DNA of 64,000 bases from an uncultured cyanobacterium. Its GTDB lineage: Bacteria; Cyanobacteriota; Cyanobacteriia; Cyanobacteriales; CAWCAG01. Under the pieces are notes generated by a model that worked only from the letters and a program-made list of their open reading frames with translations, searched no databases and was not told where the DNA came from. Every line of letters starts with the position of its first letter. The stretch's first letter is position 1. The DNA lies in contig CAWCAG010000007.1 in NCBI GenBank assembly GCA_963793425.1, positions 352,001 through 416,000 on the forward strand, in the 5' to 3' direction. This document shows, in pieces, positions 9,314 through 20,096 of the stretch. Position numbers and translations under genes: made by a program.

Positions 9314-12300
9314 ATGAGTAAACTAAAACCATCTAACGTAATAGTTGATGTTAATCAGCGTTCTCTATCTACTTTAAAAAGAGCAATAGAAATGTCTTTA
9401 GGACAATTCTCCTTAATACTAGTTCGTTGTAACTATGTTGCTCTGCAAGAAAAAGTCACTCAACAAATCGAAAGTTTAGAAGGATTGCCATTACCTTTTA
9501 AGAAAGTTTGTTTGCCAGGGACAGTAACCACTTTATTTAGTAATCTGGAATCAGAGATTGATTCTGGTTCTTTTTCCGCATTGATCGTATTTGGTTTGGA
9601 ATCAGTTGAAGCGATAGAAACTTTATTGGTAGCGACAAATCAAGTCAGAGATGAGTTTCGTAAACATTTCTCGCTACCTTTAGTGCTTTGGATAACTGAT
9701 GACATTCTCCAAAAACTAACTCGCTTTGCTCCAGATTTCAAAAGTTGGGCATCAACTTCTATTAAATTTGAATTGCCTTCCCAAGAGCTAATTAAACTTT
9801 GGCAACAAACCATAGGTAATGCCATTAATCAATTATTAGAAGCTGGAGGTACTAAATTTTTACCAAACCAGGCCCTCAATTTGTCTCCAGGGGGTCATCG
9901 CCGTCAAGCCCTTGAATATGCGAAGGTAGATTTAAGAGCGGCTCAAATAGATTTAGAACCGATTATAGAAGCAATTTTGTCTTTTCTTTTAGGTAGAGAT
10001 GCTTATGTAGATAAGCAAATAGATCAAGCTTTGTACCTTTATCAGCAAAGCTGGAATTCTTTAAAACTAGCAATATCTAAGGGTAAACAAGAATCCTACA
10101 CTAATGAAATGTATGGGCTGCTACTGTTTCATATGGCTCTATGTCATTGTCATCAAGCCAGGCAGAGTAATTCGCCTTCTCATCCCCAATGGGGAGAGGC
10201 AAAGCAATGTTTCCAGCTCAGCATAGAACTTTTTGCTGTAGAAAACCATTTGGAATGGGTTGCAGAGTTGACCATTAAACTTAGTGAAGTCCTGCAACAA
10301 ATGCGCCATTGGGAAGAATTGCAAGCTGTGACTTTACTTTCTCTTAAGCAATCTGCCACCTATAATTCTACTCAGCGTTTGGGTAGAGCTTATGGTTTTC
10401 TAGCTCAAGTAGCATTAGCTAACGCAGACTACCAAGATGCTAAATCCTTAGCAGAAAATGCTCTAGAAGTTCAAAGTATTTCATCTTCAAAAACAACTAA
10501 CCAGCAAGCTTTATATTTATTCCTTTTAGCCCAAGCTCAAGGCAAACTGGGAGAAACGAAAGCGGCACTCAAAAATTTAGAACGAGCTAAGGAAGTAGAA
10601 AGGTCAAAACCTAATCTTCAAGAAAACCCTCAACTTTATCTTCAGATTTTGGCAGAGTTGGGATCGCTATATTTTTCTCAACAAGACTATCTAGGTGCTT
10701 TTAAACTAAAACAAGAAAAGCAATCTATCGAACAACAATGTGGATTGCGAGCTTTTTTAGGTACTAGTCCTTCACCTTCTAGACTTTTATCTCACTTAGA
10801 TATCTCCCGTATTATTGCAACTTCAGGACGACAACGAGATATTAATAATTTAATTGAACGCTTAAGTAGCAGCCATCATAAACTCACCGTAATTCATGGT
10901 TCTTCTGGAGTAGGGAAAAGTTATTTAATTAAAACAGGTTTAGTTCCCTCCTTGTGGGGAGAGATTATTGGGGCGCGAGAAGTTCTACCTATAGTTCAAA
11001 CTGTCAGGTGGGATTGGGAAAAAGATTTAACCAAAGAATTAGCTAGAGCAACAAAAGAACTTCATCCCAATTGGGAGCTGAAAGCCCAGCAAGACCAACC
11101 TGCTACTGCTGCAACTATACTTAAACAGTTACAGCACAATGCAGAAGGGAACTTCTTAACAGTTCTCATCTTTGATCAGTTTGAAGAGCTATTTTTTCTT
11201 TGCACAGAAATAACTGAGCGCTTTAAATTTTATCGCTTTCTTAAAGATTGCCTAAATATTCCCTATATCAAAGTTGTTCTTTCTTTAAGGGAAGATTACT
11301 TACATCATCTTTTACATTGGGAACGTTTGGGAGATTTAGATGTTATCGACAACAATATCCTAACCAGGCAAACTCGTTATCACTTAGGAGAGTTAAGTCA
11401 TGAAGAAGCCCTGAACATGATTAAAACTCTCACTGCTCAGTCTCAGTTTCAGTTAGAGGATTCTTTAATTAAAGTTTTAGCCCAGGATCTTGCCCTTGCC
11501 AGGGGAACAGTCCGTCCCGTAGAGCTACAAGTTGTAGGAGCGCAACTACAAACAGAAAACATTGCTACTCTGCAAGAATATCGCCAGTTAGGGCCTGACC
11601 CAAAAACAGTTTTGGTAGGACATTCTCTACAAGAGGTGATCAGCGATTGTGGTCAAGAAAATGAAGATGCTGTCTGGCAGGTTTTATTTTCTTTAACGAA
11701 CGAAAGGGGGACAAGACCTCTCAAAACCAAAGCAGATTTAGTCAATTTACCAGAATCAGGACTAAGTGAAAAAAGACGACGTAATAAAGATAAAGAGCTA
11801 ATTACTAACAATCAGCTCAATTTAATTTTAAATGTTCTTGTTGATTCTGGATTGGTATTTCGGGTCAGGGAAGAGCCAGAAGATCGTTACCAAATCGTCC
11901 ATGACTATCTCGTCCCTACTATCCGTAACAATTATAAACGCCGAATACAGCAGGTTATTGAAGCGCGCCTGAATAGGAATCAACTAGAAATATCCCTTGT
12001 TCGCAGACAGCGACTGCAAGCTATGGCTATTGGAGCTACTATGGCGGTTTTAGCTGTAGCTGCGGGAGCTTTTGGTTGGCGTTCTGAGGTAGAAAGAAAA
12101 GTTGCTTATAATCTCTCGGTCAATGCTGAGTTAAATGCTTTAAGTGCTTCTTCAGAAACATTGTTTGTTTCTAATAAGCCCTTTGATGCTCTTTTAGAAG
12201 GTTTAAGAGCAGCCTATCGTCTTAAGAGTAAAGAAAAAGCCAAAATCAAATCTGACACTATATTAAAGGTGACAACAGCTTTAGAACAGGCAGTGTATGG

Positions 12301-14236
12301 AGTAATAGAGCGTAACCGTCTTGAAGGACATGATGATGTAGTTTGGGGTATTAGTTTTAGTAGTGATGGGCAAACAATTGCCACTGCTAGCCGGGATAAA
12401 ACTATCAAAATTTGGCATCCTGATGGTAGTTTAGTGCAAACTCTCACAGGACATGATGATAGCGTTACTAGCGTTGTATTTAACCCCGATGGCAGTTTAC
12501 TCGCTTCGAGTAGTTGGGATGGAACAGTTAAGCTTTGGCAGCCTGATGGCGAAGAGATATTAACTATTCCAGTCCAGAGTGGTAATGTTTACAGCGTCAA
12601 TTTTAGCAGTGATGGCCAGTATTTAATTACGGCTGGGGGAGATGGGCTTGTTAAGCTTTGGAATTTGCAAGGTCAACTTCTCAAAACCATATCTGGTCAT
12701 TTCGGTGCGGTTAATTGGGCAACTTTTAGTCCTGATGGCCAGCTAATTGCTTCGGCTGGGGAAGACAATTTGGTAAAACTTTGGAGTGCGGAAGGAGAGT
12801 TACTAAAAAATCTTCAAGGCCATAGCGGTAAAGTTAATCATCTTGCTTTTAGTCCTGATGGTAAGACTATTGCTTCGGTTAGTGATGACAAAACCGTTAA
12901 ACTTTGGAATCTTGACGGTCAATTAATTAATACTCTACAAGGTCACGAAGGTTGGGTATTTTCTGTTGGTTTTTCTCCAGATGGTCAATTAATTACTTCT
13001 GCTAGCGATGATAACCAAATTAAGCTTTGGAGTCGTGAAGGTAAATTACTGCAAACTCTTAAAGGGCATGGCGATGGCATTACTGGGGTTGGTTTCTCTC
13101 CAGACGGTCAAACTCTAGCTTCAACTAGCTATGACAAAACGATCAAACTTTGGGGACGAAGTAAACTTGAACGCCGGATCTTGAGGGGACACACTGATGA
13201 GGTAAAAGATGTCGATTTTTCTCCTGATGGAGAGTTGATTGTTTCTGCTGGTAAAGATGGTACAGGGAAATTGTGGAGTAGAGAAGGTCAATTATTAGCA
13301 ACTCTTGGAGATCATACAGAAGCTATTTCTAGTGTCAGTTTCTCTCCTGATGGGGAGTTGATTGCCTCTGCTAGCCACGACAAAACTATCAAGCTATGGA
13401 GTCGTAGTGGAGAGTTACTGAAGACATTATCAGGGCATGAAGATTGGGTGTTAGATGTAGCCTGGAGTAACAACAATCAACTACTTGCTTCTGCAAGCCG
13501 AGACAAAAAGATTAAACTTTGGAATGTTCAAGACGGTGTTCTACAAAATACTTTAATAGGACACACAGAAAGGGTTAATAGCGTGAGTTTTAGTCAAAAC
13601 GACCAAATACTAGCTTCAGGCAGTGACGATAAAACCTTGAAACTATGGATAGCTAGTCAAGATGGTACGTTTTCTAGTCAGAGGGTAAAAACTTTGTCAG
13701 GTAATAACAGTTGGGTCTTGGATACAAGTTTTTCTCCCCCTAACAGCTTTGGGCTGATTCCGACCCAAACCCAACGAGCTTATTTTCCTTTTCGATCTCA
13801 GCAATTCTTCAAAAGTCGGACAGAAGTTAATAAATCAAACCAAATACTAGCTTCCGCTGGCTATGACAATACGGTGAGATTGTGGAATCTTAGAGGAGAA
13901 AAGCTGAAAACCCTTAAAGGACATACCGATAGCGTAGCCCATTTGAGTTTCAATCCTACAGGGGAAATTATTGCGACAACAACTTGGGATAAAACAATTC
14001 AACTCTGGCGACTAGATGATACTCTCTTACATAGTTTAGAAGGTCACCAAGACCGTGTAACCAGTGTAAGTTGGAGTAAAGATGGTAAGGCCATAGCTAC
14101 AGGCTCTTCAGATCACACAATTATTATTTGGAACTTAGATACAGAAGAGTTAACTAATTTGAGTTGCGATTGGTTAAAAAATTATCTGCAAAATAATCCT
14201 CAAGTAAGAAGTAGCGACCGAAATTTATGTAAATAG
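9314..14236 (+). CDS. Multidomain protein: degenerate NTPase-like N-terminus, TPR-like helices, nSTAND1-type NTPase, TM, 14 WD40 repeats
   Basis: Walker A GSSGVGKS, LIFDQFEE, LSLREDYL; hydrophobic AMAIGATMAVLAVAAGAFGW; 14 GH..V..V.FSPDG..ASAS.D.TVKLW-type repeats. Confidence 0.88.
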   Translation: MSKLKPSNVIVDVNQRSLSTLKRAIEMSLGQFSLILVRCNYVALQEKVTQQIESLEGLPLPFKKVCLPGTVTTLFSNLESEIDSGSFSALIVFGLESVEAIETLLVATNQVRDEFRKHFSLPLVLWITDDILQKLTRFAPDFKSWASTSIKFELPSQELIKLWQQTIGNAINQLLEAGGTKFLPNQALNLSPGGHRRQALEYAKVDLRAAQIDLEPIIEAILSFLLGRDAYVDKQIDQALYLYQQSWNSLKLAISKGKQESYTNEMYGLLLFHMALCHCHQARQSNSPSHPQWGEAKQCFQLSIELFAVENHLEWVAELTIKLSEVLQQMRHWEELQAVTLLSLKQSATYNSTQRLGRAYGFLAQVALANADYQDAKSLAENALEVQSISSSKTTNQQALYLFLLAQAQGKLGETKAALKNLERAKEVERSKPNLQENPQLYLQILAELGSLYFSQQDYLGAFKLKQEKQSIEQQCGLRAFLGTSPSPSRLLSHLDISRIIATSGRQRDINNLIERLSSSHHKLTVIHGSSGVGKSYLIKTGLVPSLWGEIIGAREVLPIVQTVRWDWEKDLTKELARATKELHPNWELKAQQDQPATAATILKQLQHNAEGNFLTVLIFDQFEELFFLCTEITERFKFYRFLKDCLNIPYIKVVLSLREDYLHHLLHWERLGDLDVIDNNILTRQTRYHLGELSHEEALNMIKTLTAQSQFQLEDSLIKVLAQDLALARGTVRPVELQVVGAQLQTENIATLQEYRQLGPDPKTVLVGHSLQEVISDCGQENEDAVWQVLFSLTNERGTRPLKTKADLVNLPESGLSEKRRRNKDKELITNNQLNLILNVLVDSGLVFRVREEPEDRYQIVHDYLVPTIRNNYKRRIQQVIEARLNRNQLEISLVRRQRLQAMAIGATMAVLAVAAGAFGWRSEVERKVAYNLSVNAELNALSASSETLFVSNKPFDALLEGLRAAYRLKSKEKAKIKSDTILKVTTALEQAVYGVIERNRLEGHDDVVWGISFSSDGQTIATASRDKTIKIWHPDGSLVQTLTGHDDSVTSVVFNPDGSLLASSSWDGTVKLWQPDGEEILTIPVQSGNVYSVNFSSDGQYLITAGGDGLVKLWNLQGQLLKTISGHFGAVNWATFSPDGQLIASAGEDNLVKLWSAEGELLKNLQGHSGKVNHLAFSPDGKTIASVSDDKTVKLWNLDGQLINTLQGHEGWVFSVGFSPDGQLITSASDDNQIKLWSREGKLLQTLKGHGDGITGVGFSPDGQTLASTSYDKTIKLWGRSKLERRILRGHTDEVKDVDFSPDGELIVSAGKDGTGKLWSREGQLLATLGDHTEAISSVSFSPDGELIASASHDKTIKLWSRSGELLKTLSGHEDWVLDVAWSNNNQLLASASRDKKIKLWNVQDGVLQNTLIGHTERVNSVSFSQNDQILASGSDDKTLKLWIASQDGTFSSQRVKTLSGNNSWVLDTSFSPPNSFGLIPTQTQRAYFPFRSQQFFKSRTEVNKSNQILASAGYDNTVRLWNLRGEKLKTLKGHTDSVAHLSFNPTGEIIATTTWDKTIQLWRLDDTLLHSLEGHQDRVTSVSWSKDGKAIATGSSDHTIIIWNLDTEELTNLSCDWLKNYLQNNPQVRSSDRNLCK

Positions 14237-14380
14237 TTATCTAAGTTGGCAATGATCTTTGAGGGGGGTGCAGATCCTTAAACTGTCATAGTCTTGGGGT
14301 GCATAATTTCTATTTCCTGTGCTAGAGTGAGCTAAATAGCGACTTAAAAATAAAAAGATTCCCAGCTCAAACGAAGGCTT

Positions 14381-15685
14381 ATGGTAATTACACAACGCGG
14401 TCTAGCTCTCGGTGCAACTGCAGTCGTGCTGACGACTATGGCTGTAACAGGGGCAGGGATTCATCTATCTCAAAGTCAAGCCTTTTTTCGGGAGAGTCCC
14501 AAAAATTTAGTAGACGAGGTTTGGCAAATTATTGATCGGGATTACGTCGATGCCACTTTTAATCAAGAAGATTGGCGTAAAGTCCGTACCGAGTATTTGA
14601 ACCAAGATTACAGTAGCAAAGAAAAGGCCTACGAGGCGATCCGCGAGATGCTAGAAAAGCTCGGCGATCCCTATACTCGTTTCATGGATCCAGAAGAATT
14701 TCAGAATATGCAAATTGATACCTCTGGGGAATTAACCGGGGTAGGCATACAAATAGCTAAAGATGAAGATACCGACAGGCTGATAGTTATCTCCCCCATT
14801 GAAGACACTCCAGCCTTTGAAGTGGGGATTATTGCCAAAGATATTATTACAAAAATTGATGGTCAAGATACCAAAGGAATGGATGTCAACGAAGCTGTTA
14901 AGCTCATTCGTGGCAAGCCTGGAACCGAAGTTATTTTAACTATTCAAAGAGGGACAGAAGACAAAGACTACCCCATAACCAGGGCGAGAATAGAAATCCA
15001 TCCTGTACGAGCTAGAATTGAACAAGCTCCTGTAGGAGAAATTGGTTATATTCGCCTAACTCAATTTAGCGCCAATGCGACCCAAGAAATGCGCGAGGCG
15101 ATCAAAGATTTAGAAAATCAGAAAGTAGAAGGTTATGTTCTTGATCTGCGTTCTAATCCTGGTGGGTTGCTTTATTCAAGCATAGAAATTGCTCGGATGT
15201 GGTTAGAAGAGGGAACTATCGTTTCTACGGTAGATAGACAAGGAGAAGTAGACCGCAAAACAGCCAAAAACCGCCCTCTAACAGATAAACCCTTGGTTGT
15301 ACTGGTAGACGGAGGTTCAGCTAGCGCCAGCGAAATTCTTTCCGGGGCTTTGCAAGATAATGACCGAGCGATTTTAGTAGGAACTAAAACCTTTGGTAAG
15401 GGCTTAGTACAGTCGGTGCGGGGCTTAGGAGATGGCTCTGGTTTAGCTGTAACTATTGCTAAGTACTTAACCCCTAGTGGTCGAGATATTAACAAAATGG
15501 GTATCGAGCCAGATATTATTTTTGAGTTAAGCGAGGAACAGCGCAAAGAATTACAGGGCGATCGCGGCAGAATAGGTACGAAAGACGACCCTCAATTTGC
15601 AGAAGCTTTAAAGCAACTTAGCCAGCGCATCAGCAAAGGTGAATGGTCAGAGGAGAATATAGAAATAGAAGCGGGAGTAAGATAA
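14381..15685 (+). CDS. Carboxyl-terminal processing protease (S41, Ctp family)
   Basis: PDZ domain, DLRSNPGG, SASASEI, TFGKG. Confidence 0.93.
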   Translation: MVITQRGLALGATAVVLTTMAVTGAGIHLSQSQAFFRESPKNLVDEVWQIIDRDYVDATFNQEDWRKVRTEYLNQDYSSKEKAYEAIREMLEKLGDPYTRFMDPEEFQNMQIDTSGELTGVGIQIAKDEDTDRLIVISPIEDTPAFEVGIIAKDIITKIDGQDTKGMDVNEAVKLIRGKPGTEVILTIQRGTEDKDYPITRARIEIHPVRARIEQAPVGEIGYIRLTQFSANATQEMREAIKDLENQKVEGYVLDLRSNPGGLLYSSIEIARMWLEEGTIVSTVDRQGEVDRKTAKNRPLTDKPLVVLVDGGSASASEILSGALQDNDRAILVGTKTFGKGLVQSVRGLGDGSGLAVTIAKYLTPSGRDINKMGIEPDIIFELSEEQRKELQGDRGRIGTKDDPQFAEALKQLSQRISKGEWSEENIEIEAGVR

Positions 15686-15708
15686 TAGCTTGTTGAGCAA
15701 GGTATTTG

Positions 15709-15749
15709 AAGTGTAAGTAATTATCTTCACCAGTTAATTGCTTACACTT
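15709..15749. terminator. Bidirectional hairpin between convergent genes
   Basis: AAGTGTAAGTAATTA...TAATTGCTTACACTT stem. Confidence 0.6.
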
Positions 15750-15767
15750 GTTTCGTATTGAGAGATT

Positions 15768-16268
15768 TTAAGGTCTATCAGGAGAAAAGCCTCTATTTTC
15801 TTGGTTTCCACGGAATTTTTGGCGACGTTGTTCCATCAATTCTGCAAGTTTTTGTCGCTGTGCAGGAGTTAATACTTCTCGCATACCCAACATATTTTCA
15901 AAATGTAAGTCCCCCAGTTGCACTTGTAAGTTTCTCACTTTTTGGTATTGTTCCCGAACTTCATCAGCCGATGCAGTATCAATAGCCATTCTTTCCAGAG
16001 TTTGCCTTTCTTGATACAAAGACTCTCGTAATTGTCTCATTTCTTCTCGCTCTTTGGTACGAATTTCTTGTAACTGTTGCTTTTGCTGTGCTGAAAGATC
16101 CAATTCTTCTAGAAACTTAGATTTTTCTCGATCCAGACCAAGATGTTGTCCTGAGTGTTGAGCAAGAATTTGGGAAGAGGGGTTTTTCGGCAGGGAATCT
16201 GCTAAGGCGATAGTTCCTCCTACAGCAAATAAACAAACGGCTACCAAAGAAATACGATGCCAGGACAT
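15768..16268 (-). CDS. Spy/CpxP family periplasmic chaperone
   Basis: Signal peptide; LDLSAQQKQQL and VLTPAQR (LTxxQ) motifs. Confidence 0.85.
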   Translation of the reverse strand: MSWHRISLVAVCLFAVGGTIALADSLPKNPSSQILAQHSGQHLGLDREKSKFLEELDLSAQQKQQLQEIRTKEREEMRQLRESLYQERQTLERMAIDTASADEVREQYQKVRNLQVQLGDLHFENMLGMREVLTPAQRQKLAELMEQRRQKFRGNQENRGFSPDRP

Positions 16269-16273
16269 ATCTT

Positions 16274-16768
16274 TTACCTAGTTTGATATTGAACGTTATG
16301 GAATTGAGGCTGAGGGTTGCTAGCAGGTAAATTATCAATTGAAGATGATGGAGAGGGAGGCAAAGATTGAGAATCAGTAGCTAAGTTAGAGAGTACCAAC
16401 CAGCTATTTTCTTCAAGATAACCGACCCTTTGAGGCTCAACCTCACCAATCACACCATTCCAACTGTTAACCAAAAAGCTTTCTAATTCGACAACTTCAA
16501 CTACAGCAGGTTGAGGAGGAGTCAATGTACGTAAACTATTCCAAACAAATAAAAGACTAGCTGCAATTATCCCAGGAAAAGCCCAATAATAGCGAGGATT
16601 TATAGGGGGTAAATAGGAAGAAGGACAATAACTAGAAGTATTAGCTTTTTCCTCTACTAAGTGCATTAACTTATCTTCAAAGTCACAAGGTGCTGGAGGA
16701 GGGACAGGACGATTTTGCCGTAAAAATTCTACTAAGGGTTCGTCGTTATCTTGAGGTAATTTGCTCAT
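16274..16768 (-). CDS. Putative membrane anti-sigma factor
   Basis: Overlaps the sigma stop codon; single TM; LVEFLRQNRPVPP. Confidence 0.6.
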   Translation of the reverse strand: MSKLPQDNDEPLVEFLRQNRPVPPPAPCDFEDKLMHLVEEKANTSSYCPSSYLPPINPRYYWAFPGIIAASLLFVWNSLRTLTPPQPAVVEVVELESFLVNSWNGVIGEVEPQRVGYLEENSWLVLSNLATDSQSLPPSPSSSIDNLPASNPQPQFHNVQYQTR

Positions 16769-17355
16769 AATTGTTCTCCTTGTTGCTGGAGAAATTTACG
16801 TAGAGAAGCTCTGGCATGAAAAAGACGAGATTTAACTGTACCAACTGGTATGCCTAAAATTTTCGCCACCTCCTTCTGGGGGACATCTTCTAAGTCATGC
16901 AAAACTAAAACTACCCGTTGATCAAATTTAAGAACTTGCAGTCCTTGCTGTACCAAGTCTTGGTAGTATAGTTGCATTAAATCCGGAGTATTTTCCTGGG
17001 CAGAAATATTGCTACTGATTGTTTCCTGGTCTTCTAAGCATAATTGCTCTTGCTTGGTGCGGGCAAACTTACGCCTTTGATCGGAAGCTACATTCCAACT
17101 AATACGATACAGCCAGGTGGAAAAGTTAGATGCTTGTCGTAATGTCGGTAAACTTTTCCAAACTCTGAGAAAAACTTCCTGCATCAAATCATCAAGAATA
17201 GTAGCCCCACAAAGTTGATAAAGCGTTGACCTAACTCGCTTGTGATAGCGCCGGTACAAAATTTGGAAACTATAGCGATCGCCCCTTTGACACCGTAGCA
17301 CCAACTCACTATCCGTAGCGGTAGCTAGGTCGTCTGCTAACACAGGCACAAGCAT
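16765..17355 (-). CDS. ECF (RpoE-type) RNA polymerase sigma factor
   Basis: QEVFLRVW, FSTWLYRI, GIPVGTVKSRLFHAR. Confidence 0.93.
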   Translation of the reverse strand: MLVPVLADDLATATDSELVLRCQRGDRYSFQILYRRYHKRVRSTLYQLCGATILDDLMQEVFLRVWKSLPTLRQASNFSTWLYRISWNVASDQRRKFARTKQEQLCLEDQETISSNISAQENTPDLMQLYYQDLVQQGLQVLKFDQRVVLVLHDLEDVPQKEVAKILGIPVGTVKSRLFHARASLRKFLQQQGEQL

Positions 17356-17414
17356 TCCTCACCAGTTGGTTGTCTTTAGTTTAGACTCCTTTTGGGAGTA
17401 AAAGGTTCAATTGT

Positions 17415-17538
17415 GGGAATAGGGAGCGGGGAGCAGGGAGTAGGAAACAGGGAATAGGGAACACAGGGTTTGCGCTTATGGTTGCCGTAGGCTAAAGGAA
17501 ACAGGGAATAGGGTTCCGGAAGCGTTGCCGTAGGCTAC
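17415..17538. repeat. G-rich heptamer repeats (GGGAATA/GGGAGCA type) with a duplicated GTTGCCGTAGGCTA unit
   Basis: Direct repeats visible in the intergenic region. Confidence 0.65.
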
Positions 17539-17565
17539 AGAGGATTAAGAACTTTAGTGGCTAGA

Positions 17566-18702
17566 TTATTTATGAATAGAGATTTTCAAGCTATCAACCA
17601 CCTGTTTTTGTTCTTCTAAGGTAAGTTCAGGGAACATAGGTAAGGACAAAACTTCCCTAGCTGCTTGTTCAGCTTCGGGAAATTGTCCTGCTTCATAGCC
17701 AAGATGTTGATAAACAGGTTGGAGGTGCAAGGGAATAGGGTAGTAAATCATAGAAATAATTCCCTGCTCTTGAAGACTTTGACGTAGGTGATCACGTATT
17801 AGAGAGTCTTGAGATGGTTGTTCACCGACAACCCGAATTGTATATTGGTTGCAAACCGCTTTTCCTCCTGGTAGTTGTTGGGGAGGTTTAATTCCGGGGA
17901 CATCCTTAAGTAAGTCATTATAATGTTGGGCAACTTGACGACGTTTTTGATTCCAAGTATCGAGATAACGAAGTTTGATTTTTAAGATAGCTGCTTGCAA
18001 AGCATCAAGGCGACTGTTGATACCATTAACTTCGTGATAGTAGCGGATTTTGCTACCATGTTCTTTGAGCATTTTGAGATCAGCAGCCAGTTGAGGGTTA
18101 TTGGTTGTGATTGCACCTCCATCTCCACAACCACCTAAATTTTTGGTGGGGAAGAAGCTAAAACAGCCGACATGGCCGATGCTACCAACTTTCTGTTCCT
18201 CCCATTCAGCCCCAGTAGCCTGGGCGCAGTCTTCAATAACCACGAGGTTATGGGCCTCGGCTACAGCCATTAACTGTCCCATATCTAAGGGCTGCCCAAA
18301 AAGGTGGACGGGAATAATCGCTTTAGTTTTATTAGTAAGGGCTGCTTCGATTTGATTAATATTCAGGTTAAAGGTAACAGGGTCAATATCTACAAATACT
18401 GGAGTTGCTCCTGCGTTGGCAATCACTTCTGAGGTAGCAATGAAGGTAAAAGGAGTTGTAATAACTTCATCCCCTTCACCAATACCTAAAGCCTGTAAAG
18501 CAAGATAAAGAGCATCTGTACCAGAATTACAACTTACGCATTCACTTGCACCAATATAATCAGCAAACTTTTGTTCAAATTCTGTGACATTAGCACCGCC
18601 AATATAACGGCCAGATTTGAGTATTTCAAAAACTACAGCACTAACTTCACTTTCAATTGTTGCGTACTGTCGTGTCAGATCAAGAGGGGGAATATTTTTC
18701 AC
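17566..18702 (-). CDS. DegT/DnrJ/EryC1/StrS aminotransferase
   Basis: NSGTDAL, PVHLFGQ, EDCAQA, SFFPTKNLG; GTG at 18702 is the likely start. Confidence 0.93.
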   Translation of the reverse strand: MKNIPPLDLTRQYATIESEVSAVVFEILKSGRYIGGANVTEFEQKFADYIGASECVSCNSGTDALYLALQALGIGEGDEVITTPFTFIATSEVIANAGATPVFVDIDPVTFNLNINQIEAALTNKTKAIIPVHLFGQPLDMGQLMAVAEAHNLVVIEDCAQATGAEWEEQKVGSIGHVGCFSFFPTKNLGGCGDGGAITTNNPQLAADLKMLKEHGSKIRYYHEVNGINSRLDALQAAILKIKLRYLDTWNQKRRQVAQHYNDLLKDVPGIKPPQQLPGGKAVCNQYTIRVVGEQPSQDSLIRDHLRQSLQEQGIISMIYYPIPLHLQPVYQHLGYEAGQFPEAEQAAREVLSLPMFPELTLEEQKQVVDSLKISIHK

Positions 18703-18952
18703 TCGCTTTACACCAAAAGTTTTACATATTTTAATGATTAGTTGTCGATAATGTCTTCTCCTTACGGAGATGCTACACAAACGATCATGGTATGGTCTGA
18801 CAATGTGGATAAATAACAGAAGGAGAATCTTGAGGAATTTGTCTGTTAGTGATTAATGTGTTCTTGAGCTAGAAGAAGAATTATAGTGAAATTTGTTGCC
18901 ACGGGTTTAAGGTAATAACTAATAACTGATAATTGGATAGAGGGGTGATTGC

Positions 18953-20062
18953 ATGGAAGTTAAAGCAGCCTTAGCTTTTGAAGCAGGTCAACCACTGAGT
19001 ATTGAAAAAGTTCAATTGGCAGGGCCTCAAGAAGGGGAAGTATTAGTAGAAATTAAAGCTACTGGAGTTTGCCATACAGATGCTTATACCTTATCAGGAG
19101 CAGATCCAGAAGGTTTATTTCCGGTAATTTTAGGTCATGAAGGGGCGGGGGTTGTCGTAGAAGTTGGAGCAAATGTAACTAGTCTTCAACCAGGAGATCA
19201 TGTTATTCCGCTTTATGTCCCTGAATGTCGTCAATGCGAATATTGTTTAAGCTTTAAAACTAATCTCTGTCAGGCGGTACGGGCTACCCAAGGAAGGGGG
19301 GTTATGCCTGATGGTACAAGTAGATTTTCTTTCAGGGGAGAGAAGATTCACCATTATATGGGAACTTCTACTTTTGCCAACTATACAGTTGTACCAGAAA
19401 TTTCTTTGGCAAAGATTCGTGAGGATGCCCCTTTTGAGAAGGTTTGTTACATTGGCTGCGGTGTGACTACTGGTATTGGTGCTGTAATTAATACAGCGAA
19501 GGTGGAACCGGGGGCTAAAGTGATTGTCTTTGGTTTAGGGGGGATTGGGCTGAATGTGATTCAGGGGGCCAAGTTAGTGGGGGCTGATGTAATTATCGGG
19601 GTGGATATTAATCCTGGGAAACGACCTTTGGCCGAGAAGTTTGGTATGACTCACTTTGTTAACCCGAAAGAAGTGAAAGGAGATTTAGTTCCCTATTTGG
19701 TTGATTTGACTAAAGGAGGTGCAGATTATACTTTTGAGTGCATTGGTAACGTGAAAGTGATGCGCCAAGCTTTAGAGGCTTGTCATAAGGGATGGGGGGT
19801 TTCTACTATTATTGGTGTGGCTGGGGCAGGAGAAGAAATTAGTACTCGTCCTTTTCAATTGGTAACAGGGAGAGTCTGGAAAGGAAGTGCTTTTGGCGGT
19901 GCTAGGGGGCGGACAGATGTACCGAAGATTGTTGATTGGTATATGGAAGGGAAAATTAATATTGATGACCTGATCACCCACGTTATGCCTTTAGAAGAAA
20001 TTAATCAGGCTTTTGATTTGATGCACAAAGGAGAGTCTATTCGCAGTGTGATTACTTTTTAG
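18953..20062 (+). CDS. frmA: S-(hydroxymethyl)glutathione dehydrogenase / class III alcohol dehydrogenase
   Basis: [28 protein letters not shown]. Confidence 0.96.
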   Translation: MEVKAALAFEAGQPLSIEKVQLAGPQEGEVLVEIKATGVCHTDAYTLSGADPEGLFPVILGHEGAGVVVEVGANVTSLQPGDHVIPLYVPECRQCEYCLSFKTNLCQAVRATQGRGVMPDGTSRFSFRGEKIHHYMGTSTFANYTVVPEISLAKIREDAPFEKVCYIGCGVTTGIGAVINTAKVEPGAKVIVFGLGGIGLNVIQGAKLVGADVIIGVDINPGKRPLAEKFGMTHFVNPKEVKGDLVPYLVDLTKGGADYTFECIGNVKVMRQALEACHKGWGVSTIIGVAGAGEEISTRPFQLVTGRVWKGSAFGGARGRTDVPKIVDWYMEGKINIDDLITHVMPLEEINQAFDLMHKGESIRSVITF

Positions 20063-20096
20063 TTATATTCCTTGGTACAGCTTGAGGCCATATATT

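Noticed and set aside
12320..14140. WD40 repeats as a hypervariable, recombining or DGR-target array
   Set aside because: Repeats are diverged at the DNA level, and there is no reverse transcriptase or template repeat in the window
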